64,000 nucleotides of DNA from Eukaryota sp. GEM-RC1 (lineage: Eukaryota): NCBI GenBank assembly GCA_040285855.1, contig JAUFOQ010000001.1, forward strand, positions 3,658,001-3,722,000, given 5' to 3'. The position numbers and the translations under genes were made by a program. The number at the start of each line of letters is the position of its first letter. Within the stretch, counting starts at the first letter, position 1. The notes below the pieces were generated by a model. The model saw nothing but the letters and a program-made list of their open reading frames with translations, ran no database searches and had not been told where the DNA came from. Shown here one piece after another: positions 1 through 12,652 of the stretch.

Positions 1-419
1 CCTCTTTGTTGGCTTTTGAGATGAAGGTAGACAAGTATTGGGAGTCTACGAGGGAAGAGTTGAGTGATGACGTGATTTGAAAAGATAGGGCGTCACATTT
101 GGAAGTAGTGAGAGAGATAGAAGAGATCGTATGCATTGTCTTTGGTGATCTCCGCATCTTGACCATAGAGAGAGCGGAAGAACGTGGTGAGGGAAGAGGG
201 GGAAACAGGGAGATTGGAAAGATCTAAAGGGTTCTCGTGTTTGTCACTGAAGTCTAAGTGCCAGAGATCGTGAAAGAACTTGCAGTTGAGAGCAAGAACG
301 TTGCGGTTTACATGGAGAAGTTCATCGTTAAATAGAATCTGTTGATCAGCAAGATCCTCGTTGAAGAGAAGATCTGAAAGTACTTTGGTTGGGGAGAATC
401 CAAAAGCGGTTGAAGTCAT
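1..419 (-). CDS. BTB/POZ domain protein (N-terminal part, runs off window start; 1-nt frameshift near 97)
   Basis: ORF 93..419 has a BTB signature (LADQQILFNDELLHVNRNVLALNCKFF...FFRSLYG...LFYLSHYFQ). Removing one A at ~97 gives YFQCDALSFQITSSLNS..., which is open to position 1. Confidence 0.8.
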
Positions 420-1751
420 AATGAGAGAGATGTTAATGTCCTGATTGATGATCCTGCAGATGACTCTTTTTTAATACATGGGTCAATCAAAGATAATTAA
501 TCCTACATTAGCTCGATTCACTAGGTCAAGGGCCATCTACAAATATTTAGAGAAGGAAGTGGGTCTGCAGATCTCACAAGATTATCCCACGTTATTTAAA
601 AATAATTGTTATACACATTTTCTTTGAAACACGCACATATAAGACGGTTTTGATGTCGATTCTTTTAAAAATACAACACAGAAATCGAAAATTTTTAACA
701 AATCAATCAGTGTAATGCACAACAGCAATGAATATGTATTACAATTGATGGTATTTTCAAAATTCAAATGTTTAATTTATAATTGATTCCATCGGTTTCT
801 TGTTTTCTTAATTGAATTTGTGCCAATATCAAGCTTCAAAGATGTTGGTATTCAACCAACTCTTAATAAGACTCTTATTAAGAGAGAAAGATTATCGAGT
901 TATTTCAATTTTGATTGAATTTAATACACTGAAGTAATTTGTGGTGATTATGTAATTTCTACTGGGGCGATGTTTGTAGTTCAAGATTGAACCCATTTGC
1001 ACACTCTGTATTTTAAATGAATATGCCAATAATTAAACAACCAACAATTGATAAAAAATTTCATACCAATAGTACATATGGAGTCTTAATCTAAGACTCT
1101 TGAAACCTCTAAATAAATACATGGTGAACAAAAACAGAAAATTTGCTGTTAATGTCCTTTCAAATAACGGTATCTTTCCCGCAAATTAAACATTACAGTG
1201 GGATTTAAAAAATCTAATTAGTTTCAGATGTCGATCATAATTTTCTTTGAATGTGTAAATCTTATCTTAAGATTTATGACAAGAACAAAACAGACACGTC
1301 AACATTAAACAGTTTTTTACTTATTATTTTTCATCTTTTCTATTGGTTGCATTTTTGACAGTACAATCATTTACACCGTGATTTCTATAACTTACTAGTA
1401 TATTAGAGGATCTGATCACATTAAGGATAACGATCTAGTGATCTATAAAACTGATCACAAATACCAGTTTTTCTAACCTAGACTAGTGAAATAAACCGAA
1501 GTACATCAACAAGAATGATTGCCCCCAAAGGCTTCTTTGAGTTCTTTCCATAAGTTTGTTAACCCAGCTTTATCTACAGAAACCTGACGCTAAAAGAAGC
1601 CAAGTTATACATCAACAACATGTACAATGTAGTTAGGTATTGTACTGGGGTATTGGTTAGTTGACTCTTGACTTTGGTTGACTTGTTTGTTTTCAATGTT
1701 TCAGTAATTTGACCTCTCTTAGCCTTTTCTGACTTCTCTTTGTTCTTTTCA

Positions 1752-2075
1752 ATGGAATTACCTAATCTCGACAGTCCTGTTTCTGTTCATTCTTTCACCT
1801 CTTCGTCTTCTGGTTCCCCAATTGTTTCTCTACCTCCCTTCATTGAGGAACGATTGCATAGCTGCAGGTGTCATTCCGGTCACAGCCTTGTTCCCCAGTG
1901 CTACTCAAACAGCTCGCTACTGCCGTGTTCAGGAAGCCATGCTTCTTCGCGTTCTTTCCCTTCAATGGTGAAACAAATATCTCACAATGAGTTCACCGCC
2001 ATTGTAAATTTAAAAGACAACGTTTCTCTCGAACTTGATCTTTCAGTAGATGAACCTACTATAATTAAGTTGTAA
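1752..2075 (+). CDS. small hypothetical protein
   Basis: 107-aa ORF from ATG at 1752, convergent with the next gene across a 24-bp gap. No recognisable domain. Confidence 0.4.
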   Translation: MELPNLDSPVSVHSFTSSSSGSPIVSLPPFIEERLHSCRCHSGHSLVPQCYSNSSLLPCSGSHASSRSFPSMVKQISHNEFTAIVNLKDNVSLELDLSVDEPTIIKL

Positions 2076-2099
2076 CATATGTATATACAAAAACACCTT

Positions 2100-3749
2100 T
2101 TATTTAGTCATTTTTGGTAATTTTGAAATATTTAATGCCGCTGAGAGAACTTTGTTTTCTTCCATGTAATAATTTAGGTTGGAATAAAGTTGTCTGATCA
2201 ATTCATCCTTTTCAGATATTCTCTCTTTAGTTTCATCCTTGAACTGTTTCATTCTTGTACCTAAAAATTCCGTAACTTCATCTTTAGTATACCTCTTCTT
2301 TTCTTCGTCCTCTTCAAACGAAGGTAATTTAGTGTCCAAATGCCACGCTTTAATCTCAGCCATGGTGACGTGATCAGTTGAAATCTGGTCTTTGAGTAAA
2401 GCAATATGAGCTTCAAGTTCTTTGATTTTAATTTCTTGACAATTTATAATTTGATTTTGTCTGTTATTGGATTGAGCGTTTTTGTTTGACATTATACAGT
2501 TATGACAAAAAACAGGAGATGTTTTCCTCTTTTCTTCTTCTACTTCTTCCATTTCCCCATCCACTTGAATTTCCTGTTCACAAATAGATTTCGGTACTCT
2601 CACCATTTTGCTTCGATAAAGTTCTAATTCTAAAGCCAACATTTGTCCTTTAAGCACCATGTTTTGTCTCCTCAATTGAAACTTGTCTCTACTACCTGGC
2701 AGTATGGGTGATGACGTGATTAGATGTGCGAAAACCAAGGAAGTTTCATTCTGTGAATACAAGTGACAAAGTGAATGTTGAATATCAGAAATCATTTCCT
2801 GAATAATCATTAATGATGGCTCTGGTCCCTTTTCAAAATCTTTCTGATTGGAAGTTTCCAAATTTAGAGAATTGTAAACATCATTGAATTCTTTTGAATC
2901 AAAACGACTTTTCAAAAAGTAAACAAACCATTCTAATTCCTCAGGAAAACTTGTTTGAGATGATTGGTCTTCAGATGTTTGTCTGAAATCTTTAGAAATC
3001 TTATCAAAAAGTCCAAAAACTAAAGAGGAAAGAGTTTCGGAAGGTTCATAATAGTGGATTAGGATTGATACGACCAAAAGAAGAAAGAAGCAACTATCAC
3101 TCGGATAAATTGAATGTAGTGCAAACGACAAGACAAATTGAGAAACAATTTCAAAAGGAATTCGCCTTAAAAGGAATTCTAACGAGTGGAAATGTTTATT
3201 GAGCTGTATTAAAAACAGAAACAGCAAGTCCTTCGTCACTGATTGAGCTAGCTTTGTCTTAGTAAGATCACACTGTACCACTGGTACCAGCTCAGTCAAT
3301 AGAACAATGAAATCCGCTGGTTGAGAAGAGAAGAAGTCCGAGAAGTAGTAAGGAGAGACGAGGTATTTGTTCTTAGTGTAATGTTCGAGAAAGAAAACCC
3401 TGAAGCTATGGAGATGAGTCAGTAGAGTGGTAATGATGTGAGAAAGCTGTTTCTGGACAGCAGATGAAGACAGGTTTAGGTACTTGAGAACAGTATTGCC
3501 AATGGTAGATAAACAATCGTCAGATTTTGTAGAAATTAAAGTGTCTAAAAGTTCAACAATGTAGCGTAATAGAACGAGTAACTGGTTCTGAGATAGAGAG
3601 GAATCTGAATTGATGAAATCACTTGAAGAAATAAGGAGATTACGAATCAGAACGGGATCTTTATGAACAAGAGACTTTAGAACAAGAGTAACAGATTGAC
3701 AGTATCGGGCATCCCTAATGGAAGATTCAAAGGAAGATGTGTGAGACAT
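2100..3749 (-). CDS. hypothetical protein, helical N-terminus and C-terminal coiled coil
   Basis: Uninterrupted 549-aa ORF; heptad/charged C-terminus (IKIKELEAHIALLKDQI; ISEKDELIRQLYSNL). Confidence 0.75.
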   Translation of the reverse strand: MSHTSSFESSIRDARYCQSVTLVLKSLVHKDPVLIRNLLISSSDFINSDSSLSQNQLLVLLRYIVELLDTLISTKSDDCLSTIGNTVLKYLNLSSSAVQKQLSHIITTLLTHLHSFRVFFLEHYTKNKYLVSPYYFSDFFSSQPADFIVLLTELVPVVQCDLTKTKLAQSVTKDLLFLFLIQLNKHFHSLEFLLRRIPFEIVSQFVLSFALHSIYPSDSCFFLLLVVSILIHYYEPSETLSSLVFGLFDKISKDFRQTSEDQSSQTSFPEELEWFVYFLKSRFDSKEFNDVYNSLNLETSNQKDFEKGPEPSLMIIQEMISDIQHSLCHLYSQNETSLVFAHLITSSPILPGSRDKFQLRRQNMVLKGQMLALELELYRSKMVRVPKSICEQEIQVDGEMEEVEEEKRKTSPVFCHNCIMSNKNAQSNNRQNQIINCQEIKIKELEAHIALLKDQISTDHVTMAEIKAWHLDTKLPSFEEDEEKKRYTKDEVTEFLGTRMKQFKDETKERISEKDELIRQLYSNLNYYMEENKVLSAALNISKLPKMTK

Positions 3750-3815
3750 AATTCTTCAGTGAGATCTAAAAAAGAGAAACTCTCATCCCAATCTACAGCT
3801 CATCTTGATGACTTC

Positions 3816-4525
3816 ATGCTGCTCAAACCAATGACAACAACCTCCATATCGATTAATCTTCTGTTTCTTGGTTCTTCTCTAGTTCTACTTGGTTTAAAGT
3901 TCTCTCTTTCTCAACTACAGTTTCTCTCTGTATTCGCTTGTCTACTTCCTGTCTTCTTCCTTATGGTCGGGATTAAGCTTCGTGCACTTCTTCTCTTCCT
4001 TCACCATCGGTCTAAACAGAATCAGTTGGATCTGGCAGTTCTCGATGACAGTCTGACCACGGCTGTACTGTACATTCCTTTTTCTTTTGCTCTGATCTTT
4101 CTTGCCTCTAGTGACTCCGCTTATGACACTTATCACTTTAAACTTGGAATTACATCTCTTTTTGTATTTTGTATTTTCTCTTTTCTTCATTCTGCAGTCA
4201 AGATTCTGTTCTACTCTAGTATAGCTCCGTTATCTCTCAACTTAGCTATAATATCTTTCCAATCACCCTATATCACTTGTTTGTTTCTCTTCCTCTTCTT
4301 TTTTGTGTAATAGTATTTCTATTTTTTGACTCTTTTGCAGCGCTTCTATTTTTTAATTCATCTCTTGTTCTTGGTATTGCCCAACTCCTTGCTCCGTTGT
4401 CTTTTCACATAGCGTGGTCTCTTCTTCCTAAGGACTCACCCCCGATTAGTTTTCTTTTGGTTCTGCCGCTGCTGCTACTGTTGCTCATACATTCTGCAGC
4501 TGCTTTTCGAAGGTCAGGGTCTTAG
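3816..4525 (+). CDS. multi-pass membrane protein (frameshift in T-run at ~4300)
   Basis: Overlapping hydrophobic ORFs 3696..4310 and 4277..4525 join with +1 T. First plausible ATG is at 3816, divergent from the 3749 gene. Confidence 0.6.
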
Positions 4526-5293
4526 ATTTAACAAATTTAAAATATTTAAAATATCCCAATCACGATCATTTTTGAAGGGGTTTTTCGATCTTTTAAAAAT
4601 CGAAGACAATTAATCAATTGGTGTAAAATGATGTGAACTTTTTGTTCTGTGAAATTTTTGAAATATTGTTTTTGGAAAAGATCTTTAGTCGATGTTATCA
4701 ATGATTTTTGATTGTTTTTTGTAAATGTAGTAATGTTAGTAGTGAAATGTATATTTGTTCAATATCTTGAACTTTTTGATCTCAAATGAGGTCCAGTGTA
4801 TAATAAACCGAATTTATTCAAAGTTAAATTGCACATTACTTTCAATACCAAAGTTAAACCTTGAAGTAAGATCAGTATTGATTTACTTAATACTTCCTGT
4901 CGAAGTCACTTACTTAGTCTCTTCGTTTCCAAAAACGAAGAGACCACTCAGATTATTCTTGATATTGTAGAAGTACAGTAGATAGATCTTTATGATGATT
5001 CCAAATGACGTTAAAGCTCAATCAAAAATTTATTTGGGAACCGCTTTTGTTCCATTTGTACAAACATATACGTTGTCATCATGTATTCTACAAAAGCAGT
5101 TAATGTGAATGAACATCCAATTTACACAAATTTGTAAATATATACATAGAAAACAAAATAACCCATTAAACAAACAACACAATTCCAACAAATAGTTATG
5201 TAATTTCCGAGAATTTTTTTAGAAAGGAATGGAATCAACACACCGCTAGTTTTTTACTAACATACATGTATTTATATCTGAAAAAACATTCAG

Positions 5294-5423
5294 TTCAATT
5301 TTAGGTAAGTTATTCGGTGATGGACAGAAGGATCTTAGTTTAGATACTTTGGTTAGTGTCTCTGCTAGTTATTAATTTCTGCAAATGCATTTATTTCACT
5401 AATTGATCATAAACCCCGATTTT
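5294..5423 (+). mobile_element. 3' tip of RLE non-LTR retrotransposon family A
   Basis: Matches family A ORF end (…GKLFGDGQKD…LVSV) and 3' UTR ending GATCATAAACCCCG(A)TTTT. Confidence 0.85.
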
Positions 5424-5707
5424 GAGCTGAAGATACATGTTATTAAGACGAAAAAATTCGATATCATTAAACAACATCCATCACTATCAAATCTTACAAC
5501 ATCTTTGTCTTCAAAGCTGATTTTTTGTTAGTAAAGCTGTTCTTGTGCTATTTTAGTCGTTTTTTATCAACAAGGGTTAATCTGCTCTGCCAATGAGGTC
5601 TGATCATACAGGCCATAATGTACTACCAAATGGAAAAACATGCAGGTTCAAACAAATAATGTTGTCATTTCTAGTTCTATCTCCACAACATATAATCTCT
5701 TCCAACT

Positions 5708-7270
5708 ATGTCCCAAACGAATAAGTATATCTGTACTATTGACCAGGGAACTACCTCTACCCGCTGTATCATCTTCTCTCTTCTAGACTGTAGCATTAAA
5801 GCTGTCCATCAAATTGAACATAAACAGTACTATCCACGCTCAGGGTGGGTAGAACATGATCCACTTGAAATCATAACCAATACCAAACTTTGTCTCAACC
5901 AAGCTATTTCTAATCTATATTCAGAAGTCCCTTCTTTCAATGCCCGTGAAGTCCTAGCTATTGGTATCACTAACCAGCGAGAAACTCTTGTTGTTTGGGA
6001 TTCGGTTACTGGTAAACCTTTGTACAACGCCATTGTTTGGCTTGACACAAGGACCAAAGGAATAGCTGATCAACTGTCTAAACAACATGGTCCCAATGCC
6101 CTTGCTTCTGCCACAGGACTCCCCTTTTCAACCTACTTCTCCGGAATCAAACTCAAGTGGCTGATTGAGAACGTCCCTGAAGTAAAGAAACAGATTGAAG
6201 ATGGTACAGCCCTTTGGGGAACCATTGACTCTTGGATCCTCTACTCGTTGTCCTTAGAGAAAGTTCATTGTACTGATGTCACCAATGCTAGTAGAACTCT
6301 CTTGTTCAACATTAAAACTCTAACTTTTGACAAGGAACTCTTTGACATTCTTGAGATTCCTTTTAAAGGTTTTCCTGAAGTTAAACTATCTAGTTGTTCT
6401 TCTTATGCTACCATGGCAGAAGGTCCACTTCAAGGAGTCAACTTCTGTGGAATTCTGGGTGACCAGCAAAGTGCTTCAGTTGGCCAGAGCTGTATTAAAG
6501 TAGGGAGTACCAAATGTACTTATGGAACAGGATCATTTATATTAAAAAATATCGGAAATCAATTTATTCAGAGCACAACTGGTTTAATTACTACCATTGC
6601 CTACCAATTCACTGAAGATGAAGTTTTCTACGCTTTAGAAGGTTCCATTGCTACTGCTGGTAGTGCCATTCAATTTCTCAGAGATAATCTTGGGTTATTC
6701 AAACACGTGTCAGAAGTCGAACCTCTTGCTAGATCTGTTACTGAGTCTGATTGCGTCTTCGTTCCTGCTTTCTCTGGTCTTTTCTGTCCTCATTGGGATA
6801 CCACCGCCAGAGGAACCATTGTGGGAATGACTTTAAATACTAACAAAGGTCATATTGTAAGATCTTGTCTGGAATCTGTCTGCCATCAAGTTGTTGACGT
6901 CATCCAGGGGGCAATGGATCAAGATACGACTGGCATTGGCTTAGTTTCTTGTGAAGATCTTCGAATTGATGGAGGAATGACTCAGAACCAGTTACTTTGT
7001 CAAATTCAGTCGGATTTATTGAAAATTCCAGTTAAAGTTGTAAGAAACAAAGGTCCTGGAAATACGTGGAAGTCGGAAGCAACCGCTCTAGGAGTTTGCT
7101 TAGCTGCGGCTGTTGGATGTGGTTATTTCAACTCAATTGAAGCGGCAGTTGAGCATTCTCAAAAACACGCAGAAATCTTAGAATATCTACCGGAAATGTC
7201 TAGTGCCAAAAGAGAAGAAATGAAGAATCTGTGGAAGAAGGCATTAGAAAAGGCCAAAAATTGGGCTTAA
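5708..7270 (+). CDS. glpK: glycerol kinase (FGGY family)
   Basis: Motifs IDQGTTSTR, GWVEHDP, IGITNQRET, YNAIVWLDTRT, TYFSGIKLKW, TDVTNASRT, GDQQSA, KCTYGTGSF, YALEGS, VPAFSGLFCPHW, DGGMT, EATALG. Confidence 0.97.
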   Translation: MSQTNKYICTIDQGTTSTRCIIFSLLDCSIKAVHQIEHKQYYPRSGWVEHDPLEIITNTKLCLNQAISNLYSEVPSFNAREVLAIGITNQRETLVVWDSVTGKPLYNAIVWLDTRTKGIADQLSKQHGPNALASATGLPFSTYFSGIKLKWLIENVPEVKKQIEDGTALWGTIDSWILYSLSLEKVHCTDVTNASRTLLFNIKTLTFDKELFDILEIPFKGFPEVKLSSCSSYATMAEGPLQGVNFCGILGDQQSASVGQSCIKVGSTKCTYGTGSFILKNIGNQFIQSTTGLITTIAYQFTEDEVFYALEGSIATAGSAIQFLRDNLGLFKHVSEVEPLARSVTESDCVFVPAFSGLFCPHWDTTARGTIVGMTLNTNKGHIVRSCLESVCHQVVDVIQGAMDQDTTGIGLVSCEDLRIDGGMTQNQLLCQIQSDLLKIPVKVVRNKGPGNTWKSEATALGVCLAAAVGCGYFNSIEAAVEHSQKHAEILEYLPEMSSAKREEMKNLWKKALEKAKNWA

Positions 7271-7680
7271 ATTATGTGTATAGAACTTTCGTGTTTTTGT
7301 AAAAGTATAAAATTGTATGTATTTTTTAAATTTTTGAAAATATTCTCGAGTCTTGACAATTTTGTTGAGCTTTCCAAATCTATTGATTTGAAAATCAAAT
7401 TGAATAAGTGCTTCTTGATTGGAAAAGAAAATGCTCAAATTACATATGATAATGAAGTTATACAGTTTACCAATATGTATTCTGTTGAGTTTATCAAAAT
7501 TTTGGGTACCTACTGTGGATATCGAGGTAAAATTTTAGATAGTTTGTATATATCTTTGAATATGCTTCAATCCCAGTTACTGAACAAACTGTAATCGTGG
7601 TAGTTCAAGAGTAGATGTATAAGACTAATTTATGAGTGACACTATTTGCTTAATGAGACTCATTGTCAATGACAGTGTAG

Positions 7681-7751
7681 TTAGTGTCTGTTAGTTATTA
7701 ACTTCTGCAAATGCATTTGTTTCTCTGACTGATCATAAACCCCGTTTTTTT
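7681..7751 (+). mobile_element. 3' tip (~70 bp) of retrotransposon family A
   Basis: TTAGTGTCTGTTAG-TTATTAACTTCTGCAAATGCATTT…GATCATAAACCCCG-T7. Confidence 0.85.
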
Positions 7752-7789
7752 AAGTTCTAATAGTTTGTATTTTGTTAATTTAAAACATA

Positions 7790-8045
7790 AAACCATTTCA
7801 ATGAAATGGCTTCTAAGTTTTTAACTGATTTTGGATCTACGTGTATGTCTCAGAATATGCGATTTAACTTATAAATTTGACATAACAGTTTGATCTATTG
7901 TTTGTTCCATTCGATGCCTAAGTTTTTTAAATCAATTTTCACAAAGTTGTATAAAAACTGTGGTTCTGTTGACCAGGAATTTTCTGTGTCTAGTGTTTCA
8001 TAGCTTTTATTATACTGTATTATGTATATTTGTGCCCTTCATCGA
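7790..8045 (-). repeat. dispersed decayed coding repeat 'R' (unknown origin)
   Basis: Reverse complement aligns with 32230-33000 and with the ACACTAGACAYAGAAAATTCCTGG segment in every array unit (e.g. 35445-35476). Confidence 0.65.
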
Positions 8046-8132
8046 TAAACTTAAAATACTGTTTTGTATTTTTGAAAAAAAAGATTGTTACTTACAGAAC
8101 ATTTATAGAAATATATAGAACGTTAAATCAAC

Positions 8133-10897
8133 TCACAAGTATACCAGAACCATGAGAGAGAGACTCAAGATGATTGTCATTATCATTGATGGCAATATGA
8201 AACCACTACTTGTGATCTCCACAAAATTTGCATCTACATAAATATCAGATGACACATTACGGAAATAGTCTTCAGATTTTGTTAGACATTGAAAATCAGG
8301 ATCATACACATCAGGAAAATCTGGATTTCTGTTGAAGGAACAATCCCAACTTTGAAAAGTGTGTCCAGGTCTTGGATTAGCGCGAATTGTTGGAGAAGAA
8401 TCTTGCCAACGAACCGCATCCGTTCTATAAGTCGACACTCCCTGACTAGAGCGAGAATGCACATAAAAATAGACTGGTTCGATTTCAGCAATTAATAATT
8501 TGTGAGATTCAACACTTTCAATAATTCTGGGAGACGTCCTGCCTCCATCATTCCAACAAGTGAAGTAACAGCCATCATTGACCAGCACTGACACTGGAGA
8601 ACTGCTTCCATGTCTGGAAATGTACTGAACTTTTTCACCTTGTATTGACCCACACTGATCATTAGACACCCTGAATTCAATCCTAACCGTTTTTGGTTCA
8701 AAAACCGCAACACATGAGACATCGGAAGCCACAGGACCGAAGGTCAGTTCACGAGAGTATTTACTGTAACTGTCTGACGTAGAACATTCCCACAGTGAAA
8801 AAACATAATCAAGGGAATCACGTGCGATAACTGTGGACGCATAATGCCCAAAAAAAACAGCCTGACTTGTCTGACCTTCCACATTTCCAGAACCACGAAC
8901 AACAAAATCAATAGTAAAGGACTGAAGCTGGAAGGAAGGGACTAAGAGCATATCTGATTGCACATCATGTATCTGAAGGGGATTTAGAAAGCTGTACACC
9001 TGATTGTTTAACGACCAATGTACGAAAGAATGACCAGCTGGGGGGATAGCCCGTTGAGATGTAGAGGATGATCCAGCTCCAACTACTTGTCGCGTTGGTG
9101 CAGAGAACTGAACTTCTTCAAAATCATTTGATGAAAACTCAATTATAAATGCTGAGCGGTATTCGAAATTTCCAACAAATGCACGTCGATCCCTTTTAGC
9201 GTCGATTACATCTCTAGTCTGATGAACAAAACCAATCCAAACAGTACGTTGTCGGTAGGCGTCAAATGTTTGTTCCATGTGTTTCCAGTCGGTGGGTCCA
9301 TATTGAGTCAGTACATTTGTTGAACCGTTTATCAGAATTAATCGATCGTTGTGGAGGCCATTGAATTTCCAATCAAATGTAATCACACAAGGAATAGTCA
9401 ATTGCAGGGCCAAAAGCGAATCTTCCCAAGATAGTAAATGTGACGAAGAAATGGCATTTTCAGCACCTAGAGGAACAATGGCTGATTGGCCAAACCAAGG
9501 ACGATCATCAGTCAGAGACAGTCTAGTGGCAAGGGGGAGATTGAGGACTGTGTGAAGAGGTATACGGTATTTGGAAATTGGAATGCGAGTCGTTTTGATG
9601 ACTCGAGCATTGTCAGCCAAAAAATCGTCTCCAGTGGCAACACTTTGACCAGATACGGTATCAAAAATGGAGGGACTCGAGAAGAGCAGTGAAGACTCGT
9701 AATTCTTACCACTGGAATATCCCCAAGGGTAAGCCATTATAGACCGTCGACTTCGACCAGCTACATTCCAATTCCACCCAGCAGCATAATGTGCGAGCCA
9801 ATTATTGGGACCAGGAAAGTCCTCTTGTCTACTGTTGTGTCCGCATCCGAACAAATGTCCAAGTTCGTGGTCAAATACATCAAACAGCAAATCATGGTCG
9901 AAAGCTTGGATGTCAACAACTCCAAAGGCTCTAGCATCATTACCATTCCAATTGCTCAAAACCCAAGCTCGTCCAGAAGCATCTGCCCAACCGTCATGGT
10001 AAGTTAGAAGGATGACAAGATCGGCAGAATACAGATCTCTTAAGCTGTGTGCCTCCTCAAGAAAATACCCTCCTGTGCTGTGCTCACGAAGATCTGGGTC
10101 AAAAGATTCATGAAAAGTGAGTCGTAATAGGTCCGTTAATGTGTCAACTTCAGTGTAATCAGTTTCTTGCCAGTGAACATAATTAGGAAAAACACCAACA
10201 CCTCTGAAAGACTCATCAGAAACACTCCATGCAAAGTGAATGTATCCATCAATGGAGGAAGCTGTCTGTTCACAATAACGTCGTGCAGCAGGAGTGTACA
10301 AAACCAAAATGTCTACATTAATGTCAGAATTGTGAACCGGATCTGAATGGAACGACATGAACTGAACATGAGACTGATAAGAGCGGGATTGATCAAGAAG
10401 AGTATCATTATGAGAAAAACAAGGGCGTAAGGTTTCTGTGGAAGGAATAATTGAAAACAACAAGTATTGATTATTACAAGGAACTACTCTAATCGACGAC
10501 TGGTTGTGAAATGAATGCAAGTACATCTTTTCGGAAAGGGTGTTAATAGTTATGGAGAAGCGACCACTGTTATCGGAAAAAACGCCTGAGAGACCCAATG
10601 AACCCCCCATTCTCTTTTGAAAGTGACAGTTCCATGGATTTCTTCTCCTGTCTTAAGCGGAAACACGATTTCGTCCCCTTGCGTGAGTGATGAGATTGAT
10701 TCGAGAGGCATTAGAGAAACAAATGAAGCAGTCGTAACTACTGAATCACGTGATGCGGCAGGCAGGCACCGAGAAATCGACGAATTGTGATCGGAGGAGA
10801 AAGCGTCGATATGGAATACCATACGAGCACATCCTAGCTGCAAAAGTGATAATAGTACCATTGTCCAAAGAGATTGCATTTGCATTTGAGTTGTCAT
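8133..10897 (-). CDS. secreted/membrane-anchored M12-type (reprolysin-like) zinc metallopeptidase with InlB-B/bacterial-repeat-like domains (frameshift at ~10605)
   Basis: Metzincin HELGHLFGCGH plus Met-turn SIMAY; VDILVLYTPAA and LRDLYSADLVILL are typical of bacterial-type reprolysin domains. Repeated 'G.Q.V..G..S..V.A.P..G..F..W' modules, C-terminal TM helix, and a signal-like N-terminus in ORF 10550..10897. Adding one G in the G6 run joins the two ORFs. Confidence 0.85.
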
Positions 10898-11109
10898 GTC
10901 AAAACAGTGTTGAAAAATAAGAAATAAATCTTAGACAAAACGTGAATTTTGGCTTGAAACAGATTTGAGCATATCAAAAGTAATACCCGAAGATCCAGGA
11001 GCTTTTCCTGATGTCAATTTTAAAATACAGCTCATCAACTCATTCACTCTAATGGGGTTTTCTTTCCAATACACAGAAGCCATAGGCTTGACAGGAGAAA
11101 AAATTCTCC

Positions 11110-12652
11110 AATGGATTAAGAGATCTGGATGTGAGCAAACAAGTGTCTTTTCCTATGCTGCAAGTTTGTTTTGGTGGTAAAATTAATCACTTTTTACTTG
11201 GTTTACCACCTGAACTAACTCTCGAATTATCTCGTAATTTTAATTCATTGCGCACAAATTTTGTTAGTTATCTGGTTGGTAACAAAGACTCTTCACTTCC
11301 TTCTCATTGTTTTACGTCGAGCTCTTTTGGTGGTATTGGTTTCCGAAAGCTAAGTTCATGCATGATGGTGCCTTTTGGGGTTTCTTCTTTTCCTTTACTC
11401 TCAAAAATTGCGACCAGAATAACTCAAAATGCTGCCAGTGCTTCTTCGACAGAAAGGAATTGGTCTACGTTTGACCACCAGTTACCAAAACGTAGAAGCC
11501 GTCTGGGTACCGACTTACTGAATGACTCTGAGACCATTGCATTCAACTATCCACTACTCCAAAGGAAGCCTGCTATTGTGACGATGAACAGAATGATTTT
11601 AGCTATAACTGCAGCACCAGATCAAGTGATGCTGAACGAATCATTGATTGTTCCCGTCTCCGATACTGATATCACTACAATTGACGAAGTTGATTTAGAT
11701 CTCAGTATGAATGAGGAATGTATAGAGGAAGTTATTGATGTAGATTTCGTAGAGCCTAACGAATGTCAGGGGGGACAAGTTAGAAGTTCTGCTGTTTTAG
11801 TTGAGAAAGAAGATAGTGTACTACCGCTTCCCAAACAAAATAGGGGTTTTTTGTAATATGTATGTTTATAAAGACTTGTATTTGGTACTTTTATGTAAAC
11901 TTGTGATGAAATCTATCACATAAATCACGTGTGATGTGATGGATGTGATGTGATTGCTGTGATGTGAGGGAATCACAAAGTAATATATTTTTGTGATTTA
12001 CAACTATGGTTTTTAATGAATTTTTTGTTGAACTTTCAGTTATCCTGTGTTATGGAAAACGAAAGAATTTGTACTTCACTCACCTTGTACATGGTTAATT
12101 ATAATCTTGACTCCAATTTGTAGTCAGATTTATTTCCATTTGGGGAAACAGACATTCAGCAGAGAACAAAAGCATTTTCTATTTGCCTTTATGTGTTCAC
12201 AAGTGTTTTGCCCGAAACTTGACAATTTCACGAAAGCTTGGACTATAAAACCGTATTAATTTGGCTAAGACTAAGAGTCCCGCTTTTTGTGCTTTTTGAA
12301 TGATATTTCTTCAAGCTCTGCGTCTTCATTTGTTTCTTGTTTGCCAAGAAAATCTTGTTTTAAGGATCATGAATGGCTTATGAACACGAGACTTAGGTTA
12401 TGATTATGACCTTCAGGACTTTTGAAGCGTTCTTCATGTCTTTGTGGTCGTTCAAAGGCTTCAAATTTTTATCATTTAGTTAACTGTCATCAATTTATTC
12501 ATTTTAGATCAATTATTCACAACAGTATCCGGGATACATGTTTGGATATGTTTAAAGCTGATGGTTTTAATAGAAAAATTGAACCTTTACTTGTTAATCT
12601 TTCTGATCAGCCAAAAGTTGATAGAAGTCGTGGTGATTTGATTGGTCCTTGG
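11110..12652 (+). mobile_element. decayed family A RLE retrotransposon fragment, interrupted by a hAT fragment
   Basis: 11110-11358 encodes CFGGKINHFLLGLP…SHCFTSSSFGGIGF (post-RT thumb). After the hAT piece, 12009-12652 resumes with YPVLWKT…CLCG…HLVNC…RSIIHNSIRD…EP…RGDLIGPW. Confidence 0.85.
11360..12008 (+). mobile_element. hAT transposon 3' fragment (dimerisation domain + right end)
   Basis: FPLLSKIATRITQNAASASSTERNWSTFDHQLPKRRSRL is the hAT C-terminal dimerisation motif. GTGAT subterminal repeats; ends …ACAACTATG, like the other hAT TIRs here. Confidence 0.85.

Noticed and set aside
860..1100. Palindromes CTCTTAATAAG-act-CTTATTAAGAG and GAGTCTTA-atc-TAAGACTC
   Set aside because: Real inverted repeats, but isolated and AT-rich, with no boundaries, TSD or associated ORF to support a call.
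5830..10007. Short antisense/alternate-frame ORFs inside GK and the peptidase (also those within the LRR gene)
   Set aside because: Shadow ORFs of longer well-supported genes, with no independent motifs.
11131..11856. 241-aa ORF as a novel RT-hAT fusion protein
   Set aside because: A chance in-frame junction between a retro fragment and a truncated hAT; no ATG start or catalytic cores.
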